A stretch of 62,077 bases of DNA from a virus (lineage: Duplodnaviria; Caudoviricetes). The stretch is taken from positions 1 to 62,077 of the IMG/VR virus record IMGVR_UViG_3300029319_000038; one strand, 5' to 3'. A program made the position numbers and the translations under genes. The first letter of the stretch is position 1. Every line of letters starts with the position of its first letter. The notes under the pieces are model-generated. The model saw only the letters and a program-made list of their open reading frames with translations, was not told the DNA's origin and searched no databases. This document shows positions 48,244 to 57,243 of this stretch, piece after piece.

Positions 48244-48750
48244 ATGTTAAATTCCTACCAAGCTCTGAAACTAGACGCATCCTTTAGACCAATAGCAATT
48301 GTATCATCAACAGAAGCTCTAGTTTCTCATCTTCTAGGAAAAGTAACAATATTAGAGACTTACGACAGAGAGATTAGATCACCTTCTGAATCATTCTTTC
48401 TGCCGTCTGTAATCGCTCTCAAGAATAAGATTGTTAAGCAGACAAGCTCATTCACATGTACAACAAAAAATTTAAGGATAAGAGACGATGGTGTCTGTCA
48501 GTACTGTCGTTGCCATATCCCACCAGGCAAAGAAACAATTGACCACGTTGTACCAAAATGCCAAGGTGGCAAAAAAGAATGGACAAACGTTGTCCTTTGC
48601 TGCCACAAATGCAATCAAAAGAAAGGTTCAAAAAGCTTGGAACAATCTGGGTTTAGATTATTAAACAAGCCCAAGCCACTTGACTATACAACCTATTTAA
48701 AGAAAGTTACCATCCAAACAGATGTTTGGCGTTTATATTTAAAGTTTTGA
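48244..48750 (+). CDS. HNH endonuclease
   Basis: RD...CQYC, TIDHVVP...GG...WTNVV.CC.KCN.KKG. Confidence 0.9.
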   Translation: MLNSYQALKLDASFRPIAIVSSTEALVSHLLGKVTILETYDREIRSPSESFFLPSVIALKNKIVKQTSSFTCTTKNLRIRDDGVCQYCRCHIPPGKETIDHVVPKCQGGKKEWTNVVLCCHKCNQKKGSKSLEQSGFRLLNKPKPLDYTTYLKKVTIQTDVWRLYLKF

Positions 48751-48775
48751 TACTATATTAATAACTGGAGGAGTT

Positions 48776-49720
48776 ATGTATAATTTAGGCTATGCTTGTG
48801 TCAATATGGAATTGTCTTATCCGAAAGAGTGGGGCAACAAACCCAGGGGCACTGAGCGAATTACAACCAATCGCACGATGATTCGCAAGACATTTGACGC
48901 CAAGGGCTTGCCTTACGCTAGCCAACTTACGCTGCAGAACGTGTTGGATCTTGAGAAGATCATCCAGTGGAACGAGGACCATGATATTAAATTCTATCGC
49001 ATGTCCTCTGAAATGTTCCCATGGGCTAGTGAATATCAGTTTGAGCAGCTGCCTGACTTTGAAGCTATTGCAGCTTCTTTGCAGCGCTCAGGCGAGCTGG
49101 CTCGTAAGTATGGTCAGCGCTTGACATATCACCCAGGACCTTTCAACAAGCTGACCTCTCCGAAGGAACACGTTGTAGCTAACACAGTTAAAGACTTGGA
49201 GATTCACGGCAGGATCATGGACTTGTTAGGTATGCCTCGCACTCCATACGCCAAGATTAATATCCATGTTGGCGCACATTACAACAACAAGCCAATGGCA
49301 ATTGACAACTTCTGTCGCAACTTTCATCGCTTGTCAGACGCAGTTAAGACTCGCCTGACAGTTGAGAATGACGACAAAGCTAGTCTCTACTCGACTAAAG
49401 AGTTGCATGATGAGATATACAAACGAATTGGCATCCCCGTTGTATTTGATTACCACCACCACAAGTTCTGCACTGGCGGTCAAGATGAGGAGGAGGCTTT
49501 GCTTACTGCTTGTGTGACCTGGGATGATGTTCGCCCTGTTGTGCACTTCTCACAATCCCGTGCAGTTGAGCACAACAATCCAAAGATTAAAGCAAACGCA
49601 CACTCTGATTCATATTGGGAAAAAATAAATCTTTACAATCTAGATTTAGATATTATGTTGGAGTGTAAGCACAAAGAGATTGGGCTTTACAAAATGCGCG
49701 AACTTATGGAGGCAGCATGA
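48776..49720 (+). CDS. uvsE: UV-damage endonuclease
   Basis: LGYACVN, FYRMSS, HPG.F, NIHVG, ENDD, FDYHHH, AHSD, MLECK.KE. Confidence 0.9.
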   Translation: MYNLGYACVNMELSYPKEWGNKPRGTERITTNRTMIRKTFDAKGLPYASQLTLQNVLDLEKIIQWNEDHDIKFYRMSSEMFPWASEYQFEQLPDFEAIAASLQRSGELARKYGQRLTYHPGPFNKLTSPKEHVVANTVKDLEIHGRIMDLLGMPRTPYAKINIHVGAHYNNKPMAIDNFCRNFHRLSDAVKTRLTVENDDKASLYSTKELHDEIYKRIGIPVVFDYHHHKFCTGGQDEEEALLTACVTWDDVRPVVHFSQSRAVEHNNPKIKANAHSDSYWEKINLYNLDLDIMLECKHKEIGLYKMRELMEAA

Positions 49721-49848
49721 AGTACAGTAGAATGTTGAAAAGGAACTTTGGATTTGGAGATACTGAAAAGACATCTAACGCAATGTTGGCAACTTTGATA
49801 CTTTCAGGTTGGGCAGTATCGCTTATCGTTTACCTAATCACAACTTGA
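49717..49848 (+). CDS. Small membrane protein (43 aa, not in ORF track)
   Basis: GGAGG RBS, ATGA overlap, C-terminal hydrophobic helix. Confidence 0.55.
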   Translation: MKYSRMLKRNFGFGDTEKTSNAMLATLILSGWAVSLIVYLITT

Positions 49849-49854
49849 TTAACT

Positions 49855-49931
49855 GCCTCCTTAGCTCAGCTGGCTAGAGCAGCTGATTTGTAATCAGCAG
49901 GTCCACGGTTCGAGTCCGTGAGGAGGCTCCA
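49855..49931 (+). tRNA. tRNA-Thr(TGT)
   Basis: GCCTCCT/AGGAGGC acceptor stem, TTTGTAA loop, encoded CCA. Confidence 0.92.
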
Positions 49932-49936
49932 TTTAT

Positions 49937-50013
49937 GCGCCCGTAGCTCAGATGGATAGAGCATCGGTCTTCTAAACCGAGGGTCACAGGTTCGAATCCT
50001 GTCGGGCGCGCCA
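49937..50013 (+). tRNA. tRNA-Arg(TCT)
   Basis: GCGCCCG/CGGGCGC acceptor stem, CTTCTAA loop, encoded CCA. Confidence 0.93.
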
Positions 50014-50026
50014 AACGAGATTTATT

Positions 50027-50371
50027 ATGAATGATAAAGTATATTACGATGAGAGCTGCTACGTTTGCTCCTTAGAAATAAATGCAGTGCGAAAGCGAGG
50101 CGAAGCGTGTGGCATAGAATTTGTTGACATCAGTCATCCTGAATTTAACAAGGAAGGCGATTTTGAGACAGAAATGGTGGGAGAGTTTGATGGCGAGCCT
50201 ACCATTGGTGCCGATACGTTTCGTCTTATGTATGAAAAAATGGGCTTTAAAACATCCGTTGCACTCACAAGACTACCAATATTAAAACAGCTTTTTAACT
50301 CTGGGTATTGGATTTTTGCACATTGTATTAGACCATATTTGCCAAGAAAAAAAGAGATTCAGAATGATTAG
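50027..50371 (+). CDS. DCC-family thiol-disulfide oxidoreductase-like (DUF393)
   Basis: YYDESCYVC (DxxCxxC), IEFVDI, GADTFR. Confidence 0.7.
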   Translation: MNDKVYYDESCYVCSLEINAVRKRGEACGIEFVDISHPEFNKEGDFETEMVGEFDGEPTIGADTFRLMYEKMGFKTSVALTRLPILKQLFNSGYWIFAHCIRPYLPRKKEIQND

Positions 50372-50831
50372 CAAAGATTATTTTAAAAAGTGGAATCCGA
50401 ATGTAGATTATCGTCAGAATCCTCACCTCTACAATATCGGTAGAGGTCAGCAAGGCGTCTTGATATGCGAGCCATACAAATCCGAGATATGTGCTCACTG
50501 GCGTTTTAAGACTGTCCCTGAAGCAAAAGTCAGTAGCCAAAAAATACTGGAAATGTTTTATACTTTTGTAAAGCAGGGTGATTTTGTCGGCGCAGATATG
50601 GCAAAGAAGTTTTTGCATATGGGCTTCACCAGAGCCAGACGCTATGCCAACCATCGTGACGGTAAAAAATACGCAGACGATGGGACAATTATACCACAAG
50701 AACCTGACGCGCTGACTTGCGAAAAAGCAGATAGCGCAAGAGTTTTTTATGCTTGCTGGAAAGAGGCAAGAGAGAACAGGCATTATTTGCAAATGAAAAA
50801 ACAACACAAGGAGTTGGAAAATGAAAGATAA
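50364..50831 (+). CDS. DUF4385-like protein
   Basis: DYRQNPHLY.IGRGQQGVL.CEPYKSEI..HWRFKT, DFVGADMA.KFL.MGFTRARRYANH. Confidence 0.8.
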   Translation: MISKDYFKKWNPNVDYRQNPHLYNIGRGQQGVLICEPYKSEICAHWRFKTVPEAKVSSQKILEMFYTFVKQGDFVGADMAKKFLHMGFTRARRYANHRDGKKYADDGTIIPQEPDALTCEKADSARVFYACWKEARENRHYLQMKKQHKELENER

Positions 50832-51036
50832 TCTATATTACAAAGCAGCAATTGCACAGTTCCAAGCGAAAGCAGATGAAGCGCGCGCCGTATTAGATAC
50901 GTTTCTTAATAGCGCTGTTGGCATTGGCGACCATTCAAATATTTTGAATGAAATTACACACTGGACAAAGGTCTTATGTGAAGCCGAGGAGTGCATCGAA
51001 ACTCTTGAAGTTTACGCTGGCGAGCAAGATGGGTAA
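50821..51036 (+). CDS. Hypothetical protein
   Basis: AAGGAG RBS; AVGIGDH motif. Confidence 0.7.
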   Translation: MKDNLYYKAAIAQFQAKADEARAVLDTFLNSAVGIGDHSNILNEITHWTKVLCEAEECIETLEVYAGEQDG

Positions 51037-51292
51037 AAATAAATTAATTGAAGAGATTGAGTTGATTGTTTTGTCTGAGGCATTAGATACGTTTTCAGAA
51101 CACAACGTAAAGTATAAGTTCTACAAATATAACTCTGACATAAAGATGATTTTTGTCAGGCAAGATGAAAAATCGCCCAGGCAGCTTAACTTTAGTCATG
51201 TTAAAAAATTACAAGATGAGTTGAAAAAAATCAACGAAAGATTCCTGGTGGGCATTTTCTATACCCAAGACCCAAAAGGGAAGCTTACATAA
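51029..51292 (+). CDS. Hypothetical protein
   Basis: Overlap-coupled ATG at 51029. Confidence 0.55.
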   Translation: MGKNKLIEEIELIVLSEALDTFSEHNVKYKFYKYNSDIKMIFVRQDEKSPRQLNFSHVKKLQDELKKINERFLVGIFYTQDPKGKLT

Positions 51293-51312
51293 AGCTAAGA
51301 AGAGGATTAGAC

Positions 51313-51320
51313 ACTATTTA
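51313..51320 (+). promoter_or_regulatory. Late-type promoter motif ACTATTTA (probably leaderless mRNA)
   Basis: Only 5 nt separate the motif from ATG 51326. Confidence 0.65.
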
Positions 51321-51325
51321 GTATT

Positions 51326-51844
51326 ATGAAGCTCCTATTTGAAAGTTGGCGAAAGTATTTGGGTGAGGCTAGAACTTTAAGTGATTATAATGTTGACGGC
51401 TCTATGAGAGTTTATCATTACGCTCGAAGCGAGGATAACACTTTAGTTTTAGATCCGAACTATTTTTTAAAAAGTAGATCTTCTCACTCTCGCAGAGACT
51501 ATGCCATGTCATCCTTGCCGAGAGTTTTCTTTTATACAAACCTTGATCACGCAGAGAACATAGTTAAGTCTGGTAGGACACTGTACACTGCTTTTGTCGA
51601 CACTAATGACATCTATGATTTAACTACAGACGAACAAGGAGTAAAAGACAAGGCGCAACCTTACCCAGGTGTCCGCACAATAGACTTTGATAAGCTGCTA
51701 AGAGGCATAGAGTCTGGTGAGCTGGTTGATGGCAGGGCTTACGATGGTGTTTTTTACACATCCGGTGATATGGACGTATTAGTTTATTTTAAGCCAATAG
51801 AAGTTGAAAAGTTTAATTCAGATAATGTACAATCAGAAGACTAA
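51326..51844 (+). CDS. Candidate virion-packaged ADP-ribosyltransferase-like protein
   Basis: MKLLFESWRKYLGE leader; VYHY...FFYT...YDGV...VYF pattern. Confidence 0.5.
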   Translation: MKLLFESWRKYLGEARTLSDYNVDGSMRVYHYARSEDNTLVLDPNYFLKSRSSHSRRDYAMSSLPRVFFYTNLDHAENIVKSGRTLYTAFVDTNDIYDLTTDEQGVKDKAQPYPGVRTIDFDKLLRGIESGELVDGRAYDGVFYTSGDMDVLVYFKPIEVEKFNSDNVQSED

Positions 51845-51855
51845 AAGGAGTTCAA

Positions 51856-52182
51856 ATGAAAGTCAACAGTATTGTTTTTAATGAATATCATGGCATCCGT
51901 CGCTATGGTGTTGTTAGGGAAGTGCAAACAAAGCAAGACGGCTGGAAGTACGCAAAAGTCGCTTGGGTCAATGACGACCGATACGAGCGCGCAATGCACA
52001 AACTAGATGAGCTAAGGAACAACCAAAATTATCTAGTCGAGTACAGGACTGACCAATTAAAGCAGATTGATGCAGCGGCTGAGCAAAAAGCCATTGATAT
52101 GTGCCTAATTATGTCGCAGTCCGATGTAAACGAAGGAGACCAAGGAGATGGACACGTTAATCAAAAATTGGAGAAATTATAA
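51856..52182 (+). CDS. Hypothetical protein (SH3-like start)
   Basis: AAGGAG RBS; MKVNSIV...YGVV...AKVAW. Confidence 0.65.
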   Translation: MKVNSIVFNEYHGIRRYGVVREVQTKQDGWKYAKVAWVNDDRYERAMHKLDELRNNQNYLVEYRTDQLKQIDAAAEQKAIDMCLIMSQSDVNEGDQGDGHVNQKLEKL

Positions 52183-52873
52183 GCAAAATATAATAAACGA
52201 AGGCGGATTTTCTCGCATCCGTCAGATTATGCTTGGTCAAGTACCAACGATTGATCAAGTTGGCATTTTAACAGCAGAGAATCCTGATGGGCTACCGGCT
52301 ACATCTCAAGAAAATAAACAGTCAATGCGCCGGCTCAAGGGTATTCTTGCGAGCATGAAAGCCGGCTACACTGATATTGATGGTTCTTTTGGCAGTCCAG
52401 AAAAATCCGTTTTTATTATGAACATCTCTCGCGATGATGTTACGCGACTTGGGCAAGAGTTTGGTCAAGAAGCTGTCATCTGGGGTCAAAAGATGCGGGA
52501 TGATGATGACAATCCTTATTTTCGCTTCGAGTATATTGAGGGTCAAGATACAATCCAAACAAGAGACGTAAGTTTAGGCGGGCAAGAGATAGAGGATAGA
52601 CCAGATTTTTATTCTCAGAAGGGTAGTAGAAAATTTGTTATACCCTTCTTCGATGATGACCACGGTGGGTCGAAACCGGCAGAGGGAGGCAGAAGAATAT
52701 CTTTTGCTGAAAGTGAACTCCCTGAAGATGGCTCTGCAGCAAGGCTGGTTGAGTCGATTAAAAAACGAAATAGTTTTTTATTTCAACAAGATAGAACAGA
52801 AAAATCTAAATGGCATCACAGGAACATAATGAAAACGGAGATGGAAAAATTAAGCAGGCTGACAGAAAAATAA
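52148..52873 (+). CDS. DUF3293-like domain protein with NWRNY...INE leader
   Basis: GILTAENP....EN, G..G.PEKS, LG.EFGQEAVIW. Confidence 0.6.
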   Translation: MDTLIKNWRNYKQNIINEGGFSRIRQIMLGQVPTIDQVGILTAENPDGLPATSQENKQSMRRLKGILASMKAGYTDIDGSFGSPEKSVFIMNISRDDVTRLGQEFGQEAVIWGQKMRDDDDNPYFRFEYIEGQDTIQTRDVSLGGQEIEDRPDFYSQKGSRKFVIPFFDDDHGGSKPAEGGRRISFAESELPEDGSAARLVESIKKRNSFLFQQDRTEKSKWHHRNIMKTEMEKLSRLTEK

Positions 52874-53055
52874 AGGTCGGCGACTTGGTTAAACCCAAGA
52901 CAATCATGAATGACGATAACTTTGTTAATTTTGACGACATTGGTATCGTCGTGCACAAGAAAGGTAAGGTGTGCATCGTCAACTTCCCGTCTGCAAAACA
53001 AACTTTAAGTTTTTTAGAGTCGACCCTAATTTTGGTTAGCTCACAAAAAGAATAA
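52810..53055 (+). CDS. Small 'KVGDLV' SH3-like protein (start uncertain)
   Basis: IKVGDLV...IGIVV...V.F. Confidence 0.55.
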   Translation: MASQEHNENGDGKIKQADRKIKVGDLVKPKTIMNDDNFVNFDDIGIVVHKKGKVCIVNFPSAKQTLSFLESTLILVSSQKE

Positions 53056-53069
53056 GAGCTATTTATTAT

Positions 53070-53159
53070 ATGAAAGAGTTCCGTCCAAGCTTAGAATGGT
53101 TTATACTTGACATTGTTCTTTTGGTTATTATGGTGTCAGTATACCACATGTGTTACTAA
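53070..53159 (+). CDS. 29-aa hydrophobic peptide (not in ORF track)
   Basis: ATG 4 nt after late motif GCTATTTA (53058); MKEFRPSLEWFILDIVLLVIMVSVYHMCY. Confidence 0.4.
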   Translation: MKEFRPSLEWFILDIVLLVIMVSVYHMCY

Positions 53160-53164
53160 TTATT

Positions 53165-53527
53165 ATGTATTTACCACTCACAGGTTTTAAAGAACGTAAG
53201 AAAGAGGACGCATGGAATAGAATGAAAATTGACTCTGGTGGCGGAGCAGCATCACCTTTAGCAACAAAACAGGCACAAGAAGCAAGCAAGGTGCAAGATC
53301 ACAATCTTGTACAGGATAGAAACAACAATGGTGTGCCTGATTTTCTAGAGGAAGACCAGGGTCAAGGAAATTCATCCAGGCACAAAATGTCGCACACCTC
53401 TGATAATATGAGCACAAATGACTTTGTTTCTTTGCACAATGACATGATTGACAGCGTTAAAGACATTGCTGCCCTTCGAGTACTTGAGAAAACTTTGGAA
53501 GCCATTAATAAAATCATGGAAGATTAA
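53165..53527 (+). CDS. Hypothetical protein (start 53165 or 53222)
   Basis: Follows late motif ACTAATTA (53155); DRNNNGVPD Ca-binding-like motif. Confidence 0.6.
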   Translation: MYLPLTGFKERKKEDAWNRMKIDSGGGAASPLATKQAQEASKVQDHNLVQDRNNNGVPDFLEEDQGQGNSSRHKMSHTSDNMSTNDFVSLHNDMIDSVKDIAALRVLEKTLEAINKIMED

Positions 53528-53532
53528 AGTTT

Positions 53533-53560
53533 TTTACTCACGCATGTGTGTTGTTATGTT
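53533..53560 (+). promoter_or_regulatory. Sigma70-like promoter TTTACT-N16-TATGTT
   Basis: Recurrent class. Confidence 0.6.
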
Positions 53561-53569
53561 GTATGCAGG

Positions 53570-53803
53570 ATGATGAGTTATTATCTCAATGTTGGCGATC
53601 TTTTAATAACAGAGGGTCGCGTCGGAGTGATCACTAAAATCAGAGTGAAGACAATACAGTATTACACATGCACGAATGGTCCCGGCGCATACTTTGATGA
53701 AAACAAAGAGAATGTTTACCGCTACATAGACAAGGGCGAGTGTATTCATCATCCTGGCAAAACAAAATATCGCAAACGAAGGAGCAAAAAATATGATTGT
53801 TGA
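53570..53803 (+). CDS. Small 'VGDLL' SH3-like protein
   Basis: LNVGDLLI...VGVITKI. Confidence 0.55.
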   Translation: MMSYYLNVGDLLITEGRVGVITKIRVKTIQYYTCTNGPGAYFDENKENVYRYIDKGECIHHPGKTKYRKRRSKKYDC

Positions 53804-54806
53804 TGTAGTTGTAGGACTCCAACACGGGGATGAGGCTAAGGGAAAAATTACCCACCAGTTGTGTAAAAATTATGATTATGATTACGTACTGAGGTTTAAT
53901 GGTGGGGGCAATGCAGGTCACACGATCTATCACCATGGTAAAAAGTTTATTACTCACTATATCCCCGCAGGTGTGTTTCATGGAATCAAAAGTATTATTG
54001 GCAATGGCTGCGTTATCAATCCAAAGCACCTCATGGAGGAGATGAGAGATTTAGCATATGCGGGCATTGATACAAAAAATCTTGTACGTATCGCCAGCAA
54101 TTGTCATGTGATCACCGATGAACATCTTGAAGAGGATGGACGCGACACAAGAATTGGCACAACAAAGCGAGGCACTGGACCGGCGTACAGAGACAAGTAT
54201 AGTCGCGACGGTCTTCGCGCAAAAGATGTGCCAGAATTAGAAGATTATGTCATCGACCTCTATGAGACCTTGCACAAAGACAGAGACACAAAGATTCTAT
54301 GCGAAGGTGCGCAAGGTTTTGAGTTGGATATTGATTGGGGTGATTATCCTTACGTTACATCCAGCCATACTACAGTTGCCTCTGCCCTGCTGAATGGCAT
54401 TCCTCCACAAGCCATTCGCAATGTATGGGGCGTTGCCAAGGTCTATGACACTTATGTTGGCACAAAGAATTTTGAACCAGAAGGCGTTGCGTTCCCAAGG
54501 CTTAGGGATATCGGTGAAGAGTATGGTGCAACCACCGGACGTCCACGGCAATGCAATTGGTTGAACCTAGACAGCTTAATCAAGTCGCTGGCTATCAATG
54601 GCGTGACTCAAGTTGTGTTTAACAAAACTGATGTATTACAAGAACTTGGAGAGTTCAAGCTTATCTATAACAACAAAGTTCAAGAATTTTCTTCACTGAA
54701 GCAAATGTGTGACTATATTGAAGTCAGAATCCCATCGCCTGTGCGAGCAAGAATCAAACGTATTCTTTACTCTGGCGATAAACACGGAATGGATATAGCA
54801 GCATGA
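53793..54806 (+). CDS. purA: Adenylosuccinate synthetase (short form)
   Basis: GLQHGDEAKGK, RFNGGGNAGHT, GTTKRG.GPAY.DK, EGAQG, YPYVTSS, EYGATTGR.R. Confidence 0.92.
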   Translation: MIVDVVVGLQHGDEAKGKITHQLCKNYDYDYVLRFNGGGNAGHTIYHHGKKFITHYIPAGVFHGIKSIIGNGCVINPKHLMEEMRDLAYAGIDTKNLVRIASNCHVITDEHLEEDGRDTRIGTTKRGTGPAYRDKYSRDGLRAKDVPELEDYVIDLYETLHKDRDTKILCEGAQGFELDIDWGDYPYVTSSHTTVASALLNGIPPQAIRNVWGVAKVYDTYVGTKNFEPEGVAFPRLRDIGEEYGATTGRPRQCNWLNLDSLIKSLAINGVTQVVFNKTDVLQELGEFKLIYNNKVQEFSSLKQMCDYIEVRIPSPVRARIKRILYSGDKHGMDIAA

Positions 54807-54934
54807 AGCAAGCAGCAGTTTTGATTGTAATTCTTTTAATGGTTTCAACTACTTCCACGCTAAGAAAGCATTGCTATCGCGATGCTGGCAACAATTTCAA
54901 CTGGACTTGTATCAATTATCAATTGACTGCTTGA
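54803..54934 (+). CDS. Small secreted/membrane peptide (43 aa, not in ORF track)
   Basis: ATGA overlap with the purA stop; hydrophobic N-terminus. Confidence 0.45.
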   Translation: MKQAAVLIVILLMVSTTSTLRKHCYRDAGNNFNWTCINYQLTA

Positions 54935-54958
54935 CCATCATTTTATTGTTACTATAAT
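54931..54958 (+). promoter_or_regulatory. Sigma70-like promoter TTGACC-N16-TATAAT
   Basis: Near-consensus; upstream of 54991. Confidence 0.75.
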
Positions 54959-54990
54959 ACTTACATAAGACGCTATCACTGGAGGAACCG

Positions 54991-55803
54991 ATGGCTTGGA
55001 AATACGATAAGAACGGTAAGGCAAAGCGATCTGTGCGTTGTGGTTTTTGTGGCGAGATTGGTCACAACCGTGCGTCCTGCCCTAAGTATAAAGAAAAGAA
55101 GGCAAAATCTCTAGAATATCACGAGCAAATGGCTCAAGACGAAACAATCCAGCAGCACATGCGGGACTATCATGCAGAGCAAGCTCGCATATGCGCTCGT
55201 ATCATTGCACGTGACAGCAAGACAAGGAAAGGCAAAGAGCGTCGCTGTGGCTTTTGCGGTGACTTTGGGCATACTCGACGCACGTGTCAAAAGCGCAAGG
55301 ACATGGTTAAAGATGAGACTGACAAGGCAATTAGGTTTCGTAAGCACCTTCGAGATCAATTCATCCAACGTGGCATTGGACCCGGTGCTTTAGTCGAAGT
55401 CGATGCATCCAACGCAGTGGCTTGGGGTAGAGAGGATGAGTTCAGATCTGTGCTGGCTATTGTCACAGATGTTTCTCTTCGATCCGTCAACTCGCGTCAT
55501 TCCCCAAACCCAAATCAATATTGGTTTGATCAAACACCTATCTGCTTAGAGGTTTCGTACATTAAGCCTGTGCCAATGCGCTGGTCAGATGATTCAAAGA
55601 ATGACTGGATCCGAATCAGTCATGACATGTGCAACTTTGACAGCCTAGATCTAGAGGGAGTTCAATTCTCTTCGCAGTATGGCAACTGGCTGACCAATGT
55701 CGTTAACCCAGTTGAGGTGTCAGAAGACATTCTTCCTGAACAAGATATTGATTTTGATCATGTTTCTGATTTCATTTTGGATGCAATTGTTGATCCAAAA
55801 TAA
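54991..55803 (+). CDS. Tandem CCHC zinc-knuckle protein
   Basis: CGFCGEIGHNRASC and CGFCGDFGHTRRTC; GGAGG RBS. Confidence 0.8.
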   Translation: MAWKYDKNGKAKRSVRCGFCGEIGHNRASCPKYKEKKAKSLEYHEQMAQDETIQQHMRDYHAEQARICARIIARDSKTRKGKERRCGFCGDFGHTRRTCQKRKDMVKDETDKAIRFRKHLRDQFIQRGIGPGALVEVDASNAVAWGREDEFRSVLAIVTDVSLRSVNSRHSPNPNQYWFDQTPICLEVSYIKPVPMRWSDDSKNDWIRISHDMCNFDSLDLEGVQFSSQYGNWLTNVVNPVEVSEDILPEQDIDFDHVSDFILDAIVDPK

Positions 55804-55807
55804 TTTC

Positions 55808-55835
55808 TTTACTACTTAACATGGGTATCTATACT
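55808..55835 (+). promoter_or_regulatory. Sigma70-like promoter TTTACT-N16-TATACT
   Basis: Recurrent class. Confidence 0.6.
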
Positions 55836-55881
55836 TTAAAAGAATTGGCGAGCCACAGTGTTTGGCGGGTTAGGGTGGGCA

Positions 55882-56385
55882 ATGAATCGCGATGAAGTCA
55901 AAGCGAAAGTTCTTCAGTATTTAACTGAGGTTATTGAAAAGCCGAGGCAAGAGTTTGGTGGTATGCCAGTCTGTCCTTTTGCAAAAAAAGAAAGAAAAGC
56001 GGGCAAGTTGTTAATCGATGTCTTTGACAGCGACGTTGACAGTATAGCCGTAAAGTTCCAAGAGTTTGCAGAATCTGACTATGACAGCGCTCTCTTTGCC
56101 CAGTTATCGAATGAGCCTTTGGGCGAAGAAGAAACAAGAAAATACCAGGCTTTTTTAAACAAGCTGCTCAAGTTTATTGGCTTGAAGCATTTGAAAACAA
56201 TCTGTTTTAATCCAAACTTCTCCCTGGACATTAATGGCTTTAATCCACGATCACAAGCTCCTTTCTTTTTAATCAATGTAGCTGACCGCAAGGAGCTGGC
56301 AGAAGCGCACAATTCTATTCTAAAGACAACATACTTCGACAACATGAGCGACGAGTATCTAAAATATTTAAAAGTTAAAGAATAG
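55882..56385 (+). CDS. Hypothetical protein with CPFA motif (DUF1415-like)
   Basis: GGMPVCPFAK, F.P, R..AP. Confidence 0.6.
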   Translation: MNRDEVKAKVLQYLTEVIEKPRQEFGGMPVCPFAKKERKAGKLLIDVFDSDVDSIAVKFQEFAESDYDSALFAQLSNEPLGEEETRKYQAFLNKLLKFIGLKHLKTICFNPNFSLDINGFNPRSQAPFFLINVADRKELAEAHNSILKTTYFDNMSDEYLKYLKVKE

Positions 56386-56388
56386 TTG

Positions 56389-56417
56389 TTTACTTTTAGC
56401 GTCGTAGTTGTTATGTT
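56389..56417 (+). promoter_or_regulatory. Sigma70-like promoter TTTACT-N17-TATGTT
   Basis: Recurrent class. Confidence 0.55.
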
Positions 56418-56446
56418 CTGATTGTCACAGAAACATGGAGGTCATC

Positions 56447-56644
56447 GTGGCAGTTTGCACAGAGTGTTATGAAGAGTATTCTGATAAGCGCAAGGCGCTA
56501 GGCTATAACACCTGCTTGGAATGTGGAGACATTGCAGCTTCAAAACAAGCGCTCCACAAAGCCAAGTGCATTGCTCCAGCTTACAACAAAGGCGCTTACA
56601 TGTACGTCTCAAGCAGCACGATGGCTAAGGACTTAGGACGATGA
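56447..56644 (+). CDS. DksA/TraR-like C4 zinc-finger protein
   Basis: GGAGG RBS with GTG start; CTEC.E.....RKALGY.TCLEC. Confidence 0.6.
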   Translation: MAVCTECYEEYSDKRKALGYNTCLECGDIAASKQALHKAKCIAPAYNKGAYMYVSSSTMAKDLGR

Positions 56645-56856
56645 ACCGTATCGCCAGCGTGTTGCTAGGTTTGACGCTTATGCTTGGTACTGTTAAGCAC
56701 ATTCACTCAGACACAATAACTGTGGCTTACAAGCACCATGGTAAGACCAAGCACTCAAAAGTTTCACGTATTCTGTCTGCTTGTTCTCCGGCAGTTGGCG
56801 ATCCTGTTTTGTTCATTAAGGACTACAAAGTCGTTGCTTGCGAGGTAATCCAGTGA
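56641..56856 (+). CDS. Small exported protein
   Basis: Hydrophobic N-terminus; ATGA overlap. Confidence 0.6.
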   Translation: MNRIASVLLGLTLMLGTVKHIHSDTITVAYKHHGKTKHSKVSRILSACSPAVGDPVLFIKDYKVVACEVIQ

Positions 56857-56875
56857 TATCACGTATATTTATTAT

Positions 56876-57064
56876 GTGAAGATAGGAGACCTAGTATCGC
56901 TCAGACCTGAATATCAAACAGAAGATGAGTTTTACTATGGCTTCGGCGTTATTACATTAATAGAGGACTATGGTCCATCAGGTGTCTGGATGTGTGTGCA
57001 GTGGAACAGAGAAGACATCTGGCATCGTCCAGGCGATCTTAAAATAGAAAGCGAGGCAAAATGA
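56876..57064 (+). CDS. SH3-like mini-gene array member 1 (MKIGDLV)
   Basis: Shared N-terminal motif; overlap-coupled. Confidence 0.7.
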   Translation: MKIGDLVSLRPEYQTEDEFYYGFGVITLIEDYGPSGVWMCVQWNREDIWHRPGDLKIESEAK

Positions 57065-57243
57065 AGAAAGGCGACAAGTTGATAGTCACCAGAAAAAATG
57101 ACATCACACAAAGCTACATCCCATGGGGCAGCACTTGTGAATATCTAGCATCGTTTGATAGGTATGTCTGTGTGTTATATCAGCACAAAGAATACTTAAT
57201 AAATAAGGATTTACTGGAAGAGGCTGCACATGAAAACGGGTGA
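57061..57243 (+). CDS. SH3-like mini-gene array member 2 (MKKGDKL)
   Basis: Shared N-terminal motif; overlap-coupled. Confidence 0.7.
   Translation: MKKGDKLIVTRKNDITQSYIPWGSTCEYLASFDRYVCVLYQHKEYLINKDLLEEAAHENG

Noticed and set aside
53793-54806. PurZ / 2-aminoadenine (Z-genome) pathway
   Set aside because: The protein keeps the PurA catalytic Asp (GDEAKG) rather than the PurZ Ser substitution, and no dATPase/MazZ neighbours are recognisable
55845-55881. G-rich leader (GGGTTAGGGTGGG) as a ribozyme or G-quadruplex
   Set aside because: Only three G3 tracts, a single copy, and no recognisable ribozyme core
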